A DNA stretch of 64,000 nucleotides from Raillietiella orientalis (lineage: Eukaryota): assembly GCA_036172245.1 (NCBI GenBank), contig JAYWIR010000018.1, positions 1,550,001 through 1,614,000 of the forward strand, written 5' to 3'. Shown in pieces: positions 47,301 through 61,049 of the stretch. A program made the translations under genes and the position numbers. The number at the start of each line of letters is the position of its first letter. The first letter of the stretch is position 1. Under the pieces are notes generated by a model. It saw only the letters and a list, made by a program, of their open reading frames with translations. It was not told the DNA's origin and searched no databases.

Positions 47301-50300
47301 GAGGAAAAAATATCGGAAAGGATGCTCTCTCTTCTTCAATCTCCATCTCAACGATGAGGGAAGCAATCGATGCTCCCGGAAAGACAATCCGGTTCACACG
47401 TCTCTTGAGGATACTCGGAAATCCCTTTCCGGTTTTCGAGAATTCCGAGGAAGGCAAATGCCGAGACTGAGTGGAAAGGAAAAGGAACGGAGAAGAGAGA
47501 CGGAAGGCGATCCTTCGCGTCCCCTTTCTTTGCCGGCTCTCCGGGATTAACAAGCTCCGCCCACGAAAACTTGGCCGCTTTCTCACTTGTCCGGAACGTC
47601 CTCTGATCTTTCGAAAAAGGAAGTTATTTCCGTTTCCAGGAGCACACCCGGATCACATCCTCCTCTTAGGAAGGAACGGAATTCTCTGGACGAGTCTGTT
47701 TCTCGTAGAGCGAACGAGACTCTGGGGGAAAAAGAGTGGTTGAGCGGGAAGAAACGATGTGGCAGGGGATGAAGTGTCCTGTGAGCATCTGAAGGAGGAG
47801 GAGCAGATGCAGAAGAGGTGACATCTGTCTTCTTCCCCAAAATGACCTTTCCTGTGGCAGAGGTGACCTTCGTCGGAATTCCGAGAGCAGCGAGCGATGC
47901 CACGACAGAAGTAGCGTCGAGAGTCTTCCGCCCCAGAAGTCGTCGACACGCTGAAGTCAAAAATTCTCCCTGACCCCGTCTCCGTTTCCTGCCTTCGCCT
48001 CTCCGACTTTTCGCTTTCGAATGACCTTTCGCGACTTCCGGAGCCTCAGGTCAACGTTCCCATGGCACCCAACCTCCTCATCCTTTGCGTTCGCCTCCTC
48101 TCGGTTCGTCCGCAGGGATTGCAGACGGACCGAGGGAAAGCAAAGCCCCTCGAGAACTGCCTTGAGCATCTTTCAAAGACAAACGCGCATGCTGCGGAGC
48201 AACCGGTCTGTCGCGCGATCTGTCTTCCCGGTTCGCTCCTAGCCCTCCTTTTTTCACGGTGGAGGAGGAGGATCAGAAAAGCACTTGTGCGTGTCACATC
48301 CTTGCCAGGAGCCATCGATCAGCCAATCTGTTCTCCCTCCGCTCCGAGCGAAGAGTTGCAGCCGGTCTGGAGCCCCTTTTCCTGCAGCTTCCGATCTTCT
48401 CTGAAGCGGCCCGAATTCGCACGAGAAGCACTGCTCCTTCTCTGGGAGGATAAGGGGGAGGAGGGTGAAAGGGGAGGAGGGGGCCTCGAGACCTCGTCTC
48501 CTCCCTCCCATCCCCCGTTCCGTGTCCTGTAGAGATGGCACTGCAGCAAGGGAGCGCGACGTCATCGCGTGCACGCACAAGCAAAAGTGCGCAGCGTTTC
48601 CAAGCACCGTCATTGTCTCGCGGACCGAATGATTCCCACAGCACAAGATGGATGAGCTATCGTTTTACGCGGAGACAATTTCTGTCATATTTCGTCGCTG
48701 GTGAGATCCATTAAGACCGGGTGGGAGCAAATCCCATTGCCGTTACATCCGACGAAGAGCAGGAATACCGGTGGCAGCGGCCGAGGCATCTCGCAGCGCC
48801 GGCTCCTCAGCAGCTTCCACGTCCGATGCACGGCGCTGGAAACTTCGGGCTTGCAAGTGTAAAGGTTTTTTTTTTTCTTCTCCTTTTTCTTCTTCTTCTT
48901 CCTTTCTCTCCCACTCTCTCCTTTCTGCCGCCATCCCATCGTTCCGTTCGCTCTTGGAGGGCTGTCGGGACGCTATGCGCCGTTTCCTCCGTCGCACTTC
49001 GGGAGACGCCCGAAAGCGACGCTCCCGGTACTCAGGCACGCAGTTTTCTGTTTCCACAAGTGTTCCGCGTAATGGGCTGCCTCGTCTCTTCCTTGAGCAC
49101 CTTTCCCGGGAGAGCCAGTAAAACACGAAAATGCAACTTTTAAGAAAAGAAAAAAAAAAATGTTTTTCACGAAAATGCGTGCGTGCGTGCGCGTGTAAGA
49201 GCGTGCGCTTTTATTTTATTTTAGTTTTTTTTCTCTCTTCCTTTTTTTTGATGCTCTGGAATCCGCCTCTCGCATTTAGAATAGAGGGTTCGGGACTCAT
49301 CCATCTTAGAGAGATCACCGTCCGATCACCTCACAGTGGCTTCTTCCTACGTGGCTTTCGCAATTCGAGGTTCCTGACGAGAGCTGAAGAGAGGGTGGGT
49401 GTATTCACACCAGAGTGGATACGAGCAGCAGTCTGGCCATTTCTTCCCAGACACGTGACAGCCGCGTGGTGTGTGTCGACACGGAACGGCGACGTCATTG
49501 CCCCTTCATATGCTTTTTTGAAAAATCTGGCACAGAAAGCGGGAACACGGAAACGTCCGCTCCCCATGGCGGATGCTTCCTGGCCGCCCGGAGAGAGCGT
49601 CTTTTGTCTTAGTCTGAAGAATCTTCGAAAGCTGCGAGTCGTTGTCGGGAAGTCTTTTGATTTTCCTTTTTTTCTCTATCCGTTTCCACGGAGAATCGTC
49701 CCCCCCTTCTCTTCAAGATCCACATCTCCGCACACAGGATCCCTCCTTCCGGCTAGCTCTGAGACCCAGGGTGCGGGAACCTGGAAACGTCCCATCGCAA
49801 GCAAGAGAAAAGGGGAAGAAGGGGAAACAAGGAGCGGTTCCCTTGCATGCGCCCCCCGGGGAAGAAATTCCAGGAGAGAGGATCCTTTCCGGGTTCCCTT
49901 CGGAGGAGAAAGGAGGAGTGGCTGTCTCCGGGAGGGGGGAGGGAGCTCCATCCGGGGAGAATAAGGAAGAGATGGTTCCCTTCGAGGTCCCCTACCAAGC
50001 GCGAGAGGAACGGACTCCTTCCTCCCGAGCCTTGCCGGATTCGCAACGGTTGCCCCCTATCTATCACTTCTCTTCCCGGCTACCGGGGAGCTTTTCGTGC
50101 CGGAGTGGGGAGCGGTCCGGGAGGAACCCATGGCGCTCCATGCGAAAAGAGACTGCGGTAATCGCGACTGCTGGGCCCCAGCAAGCGGAAGCCTAGGTGG
50201 GCAAGAGGATCGAAGGGAATTTCTCGATGGTGACGCGCGCGGGGAGAGAGGTCGACGCGAGCTCACCCCTAAGGGGCTGGGGAACCCACCAGACCAGGTT

Positions 50301-50928
50301 GCCGATCGATCGATCGCCAGAGAGAGGTTTCGGGCGAGCGGAACCATCGCCTCCGCTTCAGGCGCCCGCGGCTGAGCTTGGAAGGCACGGTGAGACACGC
50401 AACTCTGCATTTTCTTTCTTCTTCTGTCTGAAAAACTTGGTACGTGGAGTGGATGCTGCTGGAGGGCGTGCTGCTCTCCGATGTCGACCATCCGGCCATC
50501 GGGTCGGAAGCTTGCTGGAGGCTGCTCGCGATGGCGGACAGTGACCCGGAACGAGATCCCGATGCGCGTCCCGGTTGCGCCGCACGCCGGCGCACGCCAT
50601 CCTCGGTGCCTCGGCTCGGTTTCCCGGTTCGCGCGAGGCCTCTCGAGTACGTTGCTCGGGTGCCAGGCGCCGAGGGACGTTCCGACGGCAGCCACTGCTG
50701 AAGGGACGGGCGCGGTCCGTTGCTCCCGGCACTCTTCGCTGCTCTGCTTCCGGCGCTGCCGCCGAGGCATCTCGAGGGCAGGGCCTTGGGAGACTCCCCG
50801 CGACGCGCCGGGGAGCCGCGTGCCCCTTCCGGATAAGGGGGGGGGGGGCTCGAGTCGACTCTGGCCGCCGCCCGTGCCTCCTCTCCCGTGCGCCGCCGCG
50901 CCCCCGGCGACGTGAGGCAAGTGGCCGG

Positions 50929-50992
50929 GAACGCCGCGCCGCCGCCGCCACGAGGTACGGCTGTACCTCGTGGCGGCGGCGGCGTGGCGTTC
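50929..50992. repeat. Near-perfect inverted repeat, 30-bp arms, 4-nt loop
   Basis: GAACGCCGCGCCGCCGCCGCCACGAGGTAC-ggct-GTACCTCGTGGCGGCGGCGGCGTGGCGTTC; 29/30 Watson-Crick pairs plus one G-T. Confidence 0.95.
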
Positions 50993-52299
50993 GGCACGCG
51001 GCGGGCGAGGGCGTGCCTTAACGACTCCCGGCTCGCCAAAGAGCCCATCGAGCCACGCCGCTTCTCGTGAGCGCCGCTCGCAGAGTTGGCGGCGGCGAGC
51101 TGAAGCGGGCAGCGTGCTCGGCACGGAGGCAGCGGCTGACCCCTGGTTCTGTCAGGAAAGTGGCCGGATGACGGTCCAACTCAGGACGCGGCTTTTCTCC
51201 GATCCAGATGTGGGAGAGACGTCCCGCTTCTCTGGAGCGCGTGCAAGGCTTTCTTTCCGGATCTTTTTGTCTTTGACTCCCGTGGTTCGCACGAAGCAGA
51301 AGTCTTATTTCTCTCCAAGAGCACTTTTGTTTTTGTTTCTCCATAGATTCTTGAAGATTTGCAGGATCCTTTGGGTGTTTCTTAAGCCTTTTACTTCGAG
51401 CCTCCAGGATTCCTTTCAGAAGCAGCAAAAGGTTCTTCCACCGTGATCCGACACGGAAGGGTTCCACCCTTCCGTATGTCTGGCGACGTTCATCCGCAAG
51501 CGAAACTTGAAAATCCTCCACCTTCCTAGAACATCCGATTCCTGGAAACTGATGCTGGCCGAGCGTGAACCGAGAAAGGTGCTCGCTGCAGTCAAGGAAT
51601 CAAGGTGTCATTGGCGTCCCGCGGCTACCCATTCGCTGCTTTCCGAAACGCTTTCTCTGAGGATCCAGATGGGACATCGTGGTGTTATAAACAGCTGGTT
51701 AAATTCCAGAAGTCGGACTTTATCTCCGGGAGAGTTCTAGGGCTCCGTGAATGGAATCTTTCATTCGACCATCACTTTCCTCGAAACGTCACCACGCCTC
51801 AGCGGGAGAGAGCGTGCCCACTGCGGGATAGTGGGAACCCTGACGCAGGCATTCCTTAGATGCGGAAGGCTATGTCAGAGGTGGAAACATATAGCAGGGG
51901 CACTTTGGTTCCCCGATGCTGTCTCACAGGGCCTGCTTCCAGGAATGCTTAGTCCTTCAGGCTTGCCGGTTGCCTCCACACGGGAGATCCTCTGCCACGT
52001 GCGAGCAACGGTGATCTCCAAAATGGAGGAAGGGTGTGGCGGCCGTCACCATGGGGAGCCGTTTGCATGCGCGATTGTTTACACGCGGAGGGCAGTGAAA
52101 TGGACCGATCTGGGATGTGTGAGGTGCACTCACTCCGGACGATTGTGGTCAGATTCCCCCCCTCCTCCATCCCTTTCCCGCTGCTGAAGAACGACCCCAT
52201 TCCTATCCCTTCTTTCCTCAACGCAGACCTTCGGGAATTGTTTTTTTTTTTTTTTTGGTACCATGGGACCAGTGCATCCCATCCCCTATTTATTTATCA

Positions 52300-54250
52300 G
52301 ACTCATTTCATCTCATCTTTAGTTCTGTCCACAGGGAGAGTACCGTCTTTGGTTTGAAACCATCGTACTCTAACATCTAGAAGAACCGGCACATATCGGT
52401 CCTCCTCTAGCTGTACAAATTTTGTTCATGTATCTTAAAAAATGGCCCTGCATTCCAGAACGAGAAGGTCACAAGTTCTTGCTTGGATCCAATGAAACTC
52501 CGCACGCACGTTCCTCAGGGTCTGCGTTGCATGTCTGACTTGTTGGTCCAAATGCCTTCACACCAGCAGGCAATCCAAGGACAGCACCCACCGTGCTCGT
52601 AGGAGGATCCTCAAGGAGGATCACGAGATCTCAGTCAGTGAGTAGGTGGCATCTTCCTCGAAATGCACAGTACGTCGTGATTTTCCTTGTGGTTTTCCTT
52701 GGGATCTGAAAATCTCCTGCAAGTGCCTCCTGGGAATGAAGCTGTGGCCAAGTTTCTCGAACACAAGGCGCGAGTATGAGTGCATGATCTGATCATCCAG
52801 AAGAACCTCTCTTGTTAAAAAGGCAAACAAAAAAACAAAAGAAACAGCAGCCGTGATCCTTCGCCGCTAGGTACTACCCGTTCTCCTTGCTCCTGCATCT
52901 GTAACTCGTTTGGTTCCGTGTTGCATCTCATCTCCTCCACGGGCACCTGCATGCTTGTGTTGCCTGTCGCACGAGTGCTGCAGTGCTCGTGCTGCGTGCC
53001 CCGAGCTTCTCCGGCAGGCAGCAGCAAGAAGAACAGGGGTCGATAGAAGGTGGTGGACGCTCAGCACCGCGAGCCCTGCTCTGTGATGAGAACCGTAGGC
53101 AGTAGGAAGACTTCTTGATAGCATGGAACGGGAGCAGTCCACGGAAAGCCAGGGAGCAGGGTGAGTGGCAAGGGGAAGGCGCAAGGCAAGCAGCCGCGCG
53201 CATCTTCCTCCTCTTTGGACTCGTTCCTCATCGGATTTCAGAAGAACAGAGCGTGCCATAAGTTTTTGCTCTTCCTGCAGGGGAACAAGACAGGTGATTC
53301 GATAGCGATAAATCCTTTGGGCAACAGTCTGCATGGCTGCAAACTGAAAGGACAAAATTTACGTCTTCTGCGAAGGCATGGGACTCCTGGTCCATGTGAT
53401 CCATCCAGTCTGCAAGCCAAAGACTCCTCAGAATAAAAAAAGAAAGCACACACACACAAAGAAACCCTCCTTGGTGATGAGAAAATGGATGTGAGCCTTC
53501 CGCTTGCATGCGATGCTCCCTCATCGCTTACCAGATAGCTTCTCTCTGCGACTACCAGAGGGGTCGGAGTTGGCCACGCACCAGCTAAGGATCAGGAGAT
53601 GCGAAGGCATCAGAGAAGACCCAGACGGATCACCAGCCGTGATCCAACGGACCACTCATGACAAAGCACCTGTTTATCAGGCGCCTGTTGCCGTTTCTGT
53701 CGGTGATTTCTTGATGACCAGAACTCTTTCAGAGCATTTCGGCGGCCGCTGCCGACGATCGTATTCCCCCGTTCCCGCTGTTTCCCAGAGAAAATATTTT
53801 TTTCCCTCTCTGGCTTTAATTTCCCTTTCTTTTTTTCTTTTTACCATTGCTATCAGCTTCTAATTTATCGTTACTCAAATTTTATGCTTAGATTCCCCCA
53901 TCTTTGGTTCAGCATTTTTTGTTGCTGCGGGATTCCATGGTCTTCGCGAAACTGCTGGTCTGAAAGCCTCACCCTTTCATTGCTACAGATCCTTACACTC
54001 TCTCTTGCTCATATTCGTCACCTCTTTGAACTTCCTCGGTGACATTGGCATTTTCCGTGGGCGTTGCATGGCTACTCTTCCTACGCCTATACCCGGGAGC
54101 CTACTACTCTTTTGCTTCACATAGTAGAAATAACTTCCAATTAAAAGGTAGTTCTCTTATAACACACTGCCACTTCAAGACGAAAAACCCAGAGAACATC
54201 CGAGTTAAGCTCGTGTGTACCACTGTTAGTGGCGCGTACTCCCCCCCAAC
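52300..54250 (-). mobile_element. Decayed LINE ORF2 (EN-RT linker and RT)
   Basis: VIKKSPTETATG(P)D (~53690), YRITCL...KLMARSVL (~53280), QGKPQG (~52695), SLDPSK (~52490), RYVPVLLDVRVRW (~52380; KYLGVLLD.RL.W). Confidence 0.6.
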
Positions 54251-56399
54251 TCAAATTGCGGCACCATTACTACTACTAAACTGCCTATTTTATTCTCCTG
54301 GGGATTTTCAGTGCTTCCCTCTACAGATAAGCTAAAAAGACAATCAAATTGGGGTTGAAACAATAACATTTGTTTTGCAGACAAAAACTTCTAATTTCAG
54401 TCGAAACGAAGTGATGCTCATGGCAACCAGTTAGCGATGCACTTCACCAACGAGGTAACTCCAAGGACTCCTAAATCCTTAATTGGTGGTTTCACCGTTC
54501 CGTCTCCTTTTCGAGTGTTTTCCGAGATGCCTTGCTCCCAGTCCTCCCTGGAGGACTGTTTTCAGAAAAATTCTCCCACCGTGGTGGTGGCGGTTCTGCT
54601 CCAATCGTGGTGGATTAACGGATTCGTGTGCTTGTGGTGCCTCCTGTACCATGCAGGAAATCCCGCTTTCCGGAGATGGGGTGGGTGCTTACTGAGCGAG
54701 GGTCGGCTCGTTCCCATCTGCGCTCCGCAGAGCCCATGCCGCCGCTAGCCGCCGCCTGCTCGATTCGACTCCTTGATCTTCCCCCGGTGCCTCGGGGAAA
54801 GAAAAAAAAAAAAAAAATCAGGAAGCTGGAAGTTTTTTCCTGCCTCGACGAAAGCGAGATTTCCGCCCCGGGGCCCGCGCGGTTGCTTGTTCGCACTCAA
54901 CAAGAAGATCAGTTTTGAGTCCGCATGTGTATCGGGTTTCCGCTTGCACTTTTCCTCCTGGAAACGCTAGGGGCTAGGAGGGAGGCATTCTGGGTTTCGT
55001 ATCCTTGCAGTCTTGCCTCGCTGCAACTTCACTGCAAGGTCGGCGCTAACCGACCGGGGTCCCGGAAGATCGAAAGTAGGATAACCGGATGCACACTCGG
55101 ACATTACCTTTGATCTTCGTGACGCGCAAAAGCTTGAGATTTGAGCTTGGAGGGATATTCTTCTACCCCATCCCTCCTCTCCTCCTCCCCTTCCTTCACA
55201 TTCCCTTCCGCGTTTCACTTGGGCGTCCCGGAGTAATAACGGGATAACGAAGTGGCGTTTTAAATCACGTGACACGGGGGACAAAACAAAAAAAAGGCTT
55301 TCAGAATGCAAGAGGCGTGCAGAAGAAGCCCAGGGTCCCGTATCTGTCTGCAAGGATCCATTGCTTCACGATGGATCCGGCTCTCACGTTTCCATGTGTC
55401 CGCTTTGGTCTCGACTGCAGCACTGCACGTGCAACGAGCCAGAGTTGGGAAACCCCAGTGCAGCGCTCAGCGAACGCTGGAACCCCTTCGAGGAACTTCC
55501 CTTCGCTTCCCGGACGCGAATCGCTACCTCCCCTGCAACCGTCAGACTGCCAACTTGACCCCGCTGCCATCAACGCAAGCGCACCTGCTGGAACTCATCT
55601 GTTTCGAGTCGGAAGCTCCATTGAGGTCTCTCCGGAGTGGGTTGTACGGGCAGCCAGCCGCAGCATCGAAAATCGTGCTGCTATTCCAGAGCAAAGATTT
55701 GTTTGTTTTCCTTCTTTTTTTTTTTTTTTTAGCCTCCGCAGCGCCATGTTTCCCCTTTCCTCCCCTCTCCCCCTCCAACAGTGGCTGTTTGTTTTCCGTT
55801 TTTCGAGTTTACGCGTCTTGGATTGTCCGTAGTGCATCTGATGGTCGGAGCTCACATCTTAGCTTTATAATGGAGATGCGACAACAAAGGGACCTTCCCT
55901 CAAGAAAAACGCTGGAGCCCAGGTCAATCAGAAGACGACGACTCCTCAGGTCACCTCACTTCGGAAGGAAGGTGGGTTCGGGTACCAAGATTTTCCAGCA
56001 GGGCACCCACGAATCAACCCGAAAGCCCTCGTTCCTTCCTTGGAACCCGTGGACTCATGCTTCCAAGAGAACCATTGTTCTCTGGTGATGTGCAGCTGTG
56101 CCTGCTCCCAGAATCAAGAGATCTTTAAACCTTCCTTTTGCCGTGTGGGAAACTGAGAACTGCACTTATTTACACAGCTGACCGAACAAGCGTTCGGGTC
56201 AGACGTGCCCTCTTCCTCGCAGGAAGCGGGAACTTCGTTAATGGCTTGGCAAGCCTGACGCCCCATCGCCGAAGAGTCGACAGCACGACTTGATCGGAAC
56301 GATCATACAGATACCTCCCATACTGGTACCTTCGCCAGCTTCCCCAACTGATCTCGCCGCTGACTCTCTGATCAATGGGGTCGTCGTCTTTATCGGAAC

Positions 56400-59000
56400 C
56401 GCATCTCCACACGTGGGAGATTTGCCTGTGAGAAGTCTTAAGGATGGCCTCATGGCGCCTTGGTGGAATGAAAGTTCGCCTGTGAAACACCGCAAGTCCA
56501 AGGAGAACACCGCCAAGCAGTGTCACTGGGTAGTTCCTTCCTTTGAGGAAAGCAAGGAGGAAGACAGATGTGGGTGAAGCGTGATGTGGGCATGAGCGCC
56601 TAGGAGCGGTTTTTCATTTTTTTTCCATTTACTTTTTCAAGAATCTTGCAAAGACAAATAAATAAGCTGCGTGGAGGACCGACATTCCCTTCCATGCATA
56701 CGCAAGCGCCCCTGTTGGCTCTTTTCGCAATTTTTCGTGTGCGTGATACATTATCTGGTGGGTGATGCTGCTGACATCTGAATCACGATCTTCAATGAGA
56801 TCAGAGAGATTCAATTTATTTCGTCGACTCTCGCATCTCGGAAGTCACCATCGGGACCGAAGAATGCAAATCAGCATTGTCCTCTCGAGTGCTACCCCCC
56901 CCCCCCCCCCCCAAAAAAAAAAAACTCGGGCTTTACCTAAGCGGCTCTGGACTGAGGACCTGCCTCCCCCTTGGTGGAATCAGGAGGCAGGAAGCAGGCA
57001 TTCAGACACATTAGTTTGATGGTGCAGGTCTGCTTTGCCTCCATGCTTGTTTACTTTTGAAATGATACTTTATCTATGTCAGGAGAAGGCACAGCGCTAC
57101 TTGAGCTAATGGTCCAAACTTCCATTAGAAGTTTCCTCTCAGCGGCCGCAAAGCAAATGAATAGAGAGCGCCATCTACGCTGATCTGGAACCAGAAACGC
57201 AAGCTTCCTTTGCAGCGCTAACCGGTGTCCTTCATTAAACTTCATTAAACGAGGAAGGGGGAGGGAGAGGAGAGGATATCTGTTACCACAAAATGGTGAC
57301 AGCAATAGCTGTCGGCATACTGAGGAAACTGCAAGGGTCTTCGTCCTTTTCTGTGTCTTTGCACTGCGGATGGAGACTCTTCGGATAGCTCCGCACGTCA
57401 GCATCAGCGAAATGAGGCAGCGCATGTGACTTCCGCATCCACAATGGCACTTCTTGTTTGCTTCCAGCGTTCTCACACGTTCCGGACATCCACGAGGTGT
57501 GTTCAGAGTGACCACTCACACCTCAACAGGAAACCACAACTTGCACACGTGCAGCTGCGTTTCCTAATCATCTCGTTCGGGGCTCGCTTCGAGGGTGATT
57601 GGTACTGGTACGACAAGGACAAGGCAGTTTTCCAATCGCAAAAGCGAGGACGTGTCCTCGTTGCTGATCCCCGGCGAGCTGTTTTCGGGTAGGGAAGACT
57701 GTGCCTCCACAGTCTGAGGCGGTGATTAGCAGTCAGGACCGAAAGATACAGATTTCGTGGAAGTCTGCATTCAGAGGTTTTAGCCTGGATGCAGACTTCC
57801 ACGACTGACTCCTTGTGGTTTATTTTAAAAGATAAACCACAAGGAAGAGGGAAAGAAGGGTCCCCCTCGAAAACCAAGAAATACCAAAAGAAATAGCAAA
57901 GTTCATCCGGGATAATCAGCGGCACGCAGGCCGGCTCCCAGTAAGTAGGGAGCGGAGGGAGGGGGCAAGCAATACATAACAAAAGCCGGGAGGGTGGGGA
58001 CCGAGGTCTTCGGTATGTGACGTTCCTTCCTCTTTAAAAGCGGCTGTGGATGGTGTCGATCTCCCTGGAGACTTCTTGTGGCGCATGAGACCGCCTTGCT
58101 GCTGCCCTCATGAGGACTGCTGCCATGCTGGTGGCCTCTCTTCGCCGCGAACCTGACTCCAACACATGGCAGGCTGTCACTACGACGCTCATGCAACAGA
58201 TTATTGGGATCGCAGCGTCCTTCTTCAGCCCGCCTCCGGTGAGGAAGCGTCGCAGCAAGTCCAATGCAGTGTCCTGCGGTTGTCGGGGCGCCGAAGCGAG
58301 TCTCCGCCACATGGTCCTCGATGGCCCAACTGCAGCCCAACAAACCCCCATTCCGACAAACTCCCACTCCGCATCCAGAGGAAAATCTTCGCAATTTTAA
58401 GGACATGCGACACAATCGAACACAACCTGTAGGATGAGATCACCGTCGTCCTAACAAAACCAGAAGATGCAGGCCGCATCATCTTCAAAACTTTTTCCTT
58501 CCTCTGCCTTGTTGCTCATTTTCCCTTGGCGAATCCTTGCGACTGCAAGCGAAAGACAGACGGCCGGAAGGGTTCTAGTCTCTGGGACGATTCAACGGTG
58601 GAAATGTGGAAGCTGTACAAAAGCTCCAGTCCCCATTCCCACCCACCGGAACTGTTCCCGCATCTTGCACTGAACGGAGCGCTGCCTGCCTGCCGAGCTC
58701 GGCGCAGATCTTCGAAGCACGGAGATCAACAAATTCTTCCGTTTGCTTTGGCGCAGCCTCGTGGGGAGCGTTCTCTCCGGCCATCTGGGACCGGCGCAGC
58801 TCTACACTGCAGCAGCCAAGATAGAACGGCTCGAAAACCGAAGGCCTCGAACGAGTCGGGATAGAAGGGGGAGTGCTGCCAAAACGTCAGAGCTTGAGGT
58901 CGAAAGGAAGGAAAAGGATTGAGCGGCTCCTGGAAACTGGCCACAAGCTTGATCCATACAATGCTGTTGCCGTGGGGAGACCGACTGTACCGTACCAGTT
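56400..59000 (+). mobile_element. Decayed LINE ORF2 remnant
   Basis: PWWNE (~56460), SIRSFLSAAAKQM (~57120), YRFRGSLHSEVLAW (~57750), RLLETGH (~58925), in the expected order. Confidence 0.45.
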
Positions 59001-61049
59001 TAGCATTTTGCACAATGAGGAGCTAAACTTTGAAGAACGTTCTTCTAGCTATAAGTATAAGGAACAGACACACAAATGTATAATCATACATGGGTTTTGT
59101 ACAATCCAATCTGCCTCTGTAAACATTCGACGAAAGAACTGCTTGTCCACCTGAGAATCTTTGAAATCCTCGGACAGTGCAGCATTTCATAGGAAACTCT
59201 TCATTCTGAGTGCTTTTCCGCGCCCGCAGGCAGCAACACTGTCCTCTGATGAAGAGGTTTGTTTCCAGGCTCAGGAAGACAGGAAGAAACTTCAGCACGA
59301 GCGTTTGCCATCCGGTCAGCGCACCGGATGCGACTCGCATGCGTTTAATATTCCACGACTACCGGCTCGTAAGACCTAGGACACCAAATCCTAAACAGTA
59401 GAGGTCCCTGATGTGCATTCATCTAATTTCCGGGAGTTCTTCCGAACAGATTTTCGGCGACGATTCCTTAGGGCTGTTCCTTCCCTTCGAGAGTTGCTCC
59501 ATGATGTAGTGGCTATCCGGTGCTTCGAATCTTCCGTCTTGATTTGAGTTTTACCAATGAAGCAAAAGGCCAGCGTCTCTTCGGAAGCAGTAAAGGGAAC
59601 AGCGCGTACCAAAAAAGAAGGGCTGTCAAAAATGAGAATGCCAAATGCCGCGTCTTCAGTTCGGAGAGCCTGGAAGGGAATTTCTCTCCAAGGAGCGGCT
59701 TTGAACTTCTCTTTTTCTCGTGCCCGCCAATCTTTCCCGAAAGCTGGTGCTCTTAATACCTCTCTGCAGTCGCGCGCATGCTTTCCCGCATCTCGGATGT
59801 AGGAAGAATCTTTGGAACTTTTGCTTCGCGATCTTTCTCGAACTTTTGTACGAACTGGTACTAGCAGATCGGCTTTCCGGCCTCTCATCACTTCGCCCCG
59901 TTCACAAGGAAGTGTTTCCCATCACTGATCCTGATCTTTGATTCCGTTTGTCTATCCATCCCTCGGAAAGATGATCGCCACCTTCTCTGACCGGCGGGAT
60001 GAGAAAGAAAGAGAGACTTCCTCCTGCTTCACAATGAAGTGCATTTGCCTCGTCCGCGTTCATTTTTCACTAGGGACGGGTGCCTCCTAGACAGATTACA
60101 AGACAAGGTCACGCTTGGATTCCTCCGAAATTCATCCGGCATTTTCTCCGGAGAGCACCTCCGTTTTCCAGTAAACGGTGTTATTCCTCCTGGGATTGGA
60201 TGCCACACGTCCCGGATTCTTTCCGCTTAGGCAAACAGCAGTCAAAGTGGTTCCTTGCTCGGCGCTTTTCGTGACCCAGCCCTGAGGAGAGAGCTCGCTC
60301 TTGGGAAGCCGACACTTTGAGGGATCTCTCCCCTTGGTGTTCCGCTTCTCCAACTTGTCCGTTTCGCTGGTCCAGCAAAACCGACTGCGTAAGAGTCGCT
60401 TCTCTCTCCACGCTTTGCGGCTCCTGCCGTTCTCGGTACCCGTCTTCAGCTTGCCGATTCCTCTACCTGAACGGGCGTCCTCTCCCGGGAAGCTCTTCTG
60501 CCTCCAGGGAACCTCGGCTTTGCTCGCCACTTTCGCCTGGCGGCTCGCTGCTGGGTCGAAGGGCATCTGCAAGAACTCAGCCGCACGAAGACGAGTGACT
60601 GCACTCCGCTAACCGAAAGGTCGAGAAGGTCGCGCTGCTGCCAAAGCCAGCCAGAGCAGCTCGTGGTATCCTGAATCGTCGACAAAACAAGCCAAAAAGA
60701 AAAGCAGCGTACGGTAACGTTCAGTTTGCTCGTTTGAACACGAGAGCCCCTGGCATCCCTCGACTTCGTCACGGTCCTGGATACCTGGAGCTTGCAATCT
60801 CTGGCATAGGGATCTGCCAGTCGACCCCTGTGGCAAAGATTCGTTGCCGCCAGTCCTCAGCTAGACTGAATAGGTGGCAGCTGAGCAGTTTGGTGTCGCG
60901 CAAATTTCTACGAATGATTCCGAGATCTTTCACGTGGGAAGGTGAAACATGAAGACTCCTTCCCATGTTCACCACATCATTTTTCTTCCAGGAAACAAGC
61001 AGTCAGTTTCCGCGGATTCCGAAACTGCGTATATAGTGCAGAATCCACG

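Noticed and set aside
51800..52050. Gag-like zinc-knuckle remnants (LRCGRLCQRWKHIA); similar traces at ~13620-13740 (+) and ~59150-59650 (-)
   Set aside because: Too degenerate to call as features, although they are compatible with LINE ORF1 fossils.
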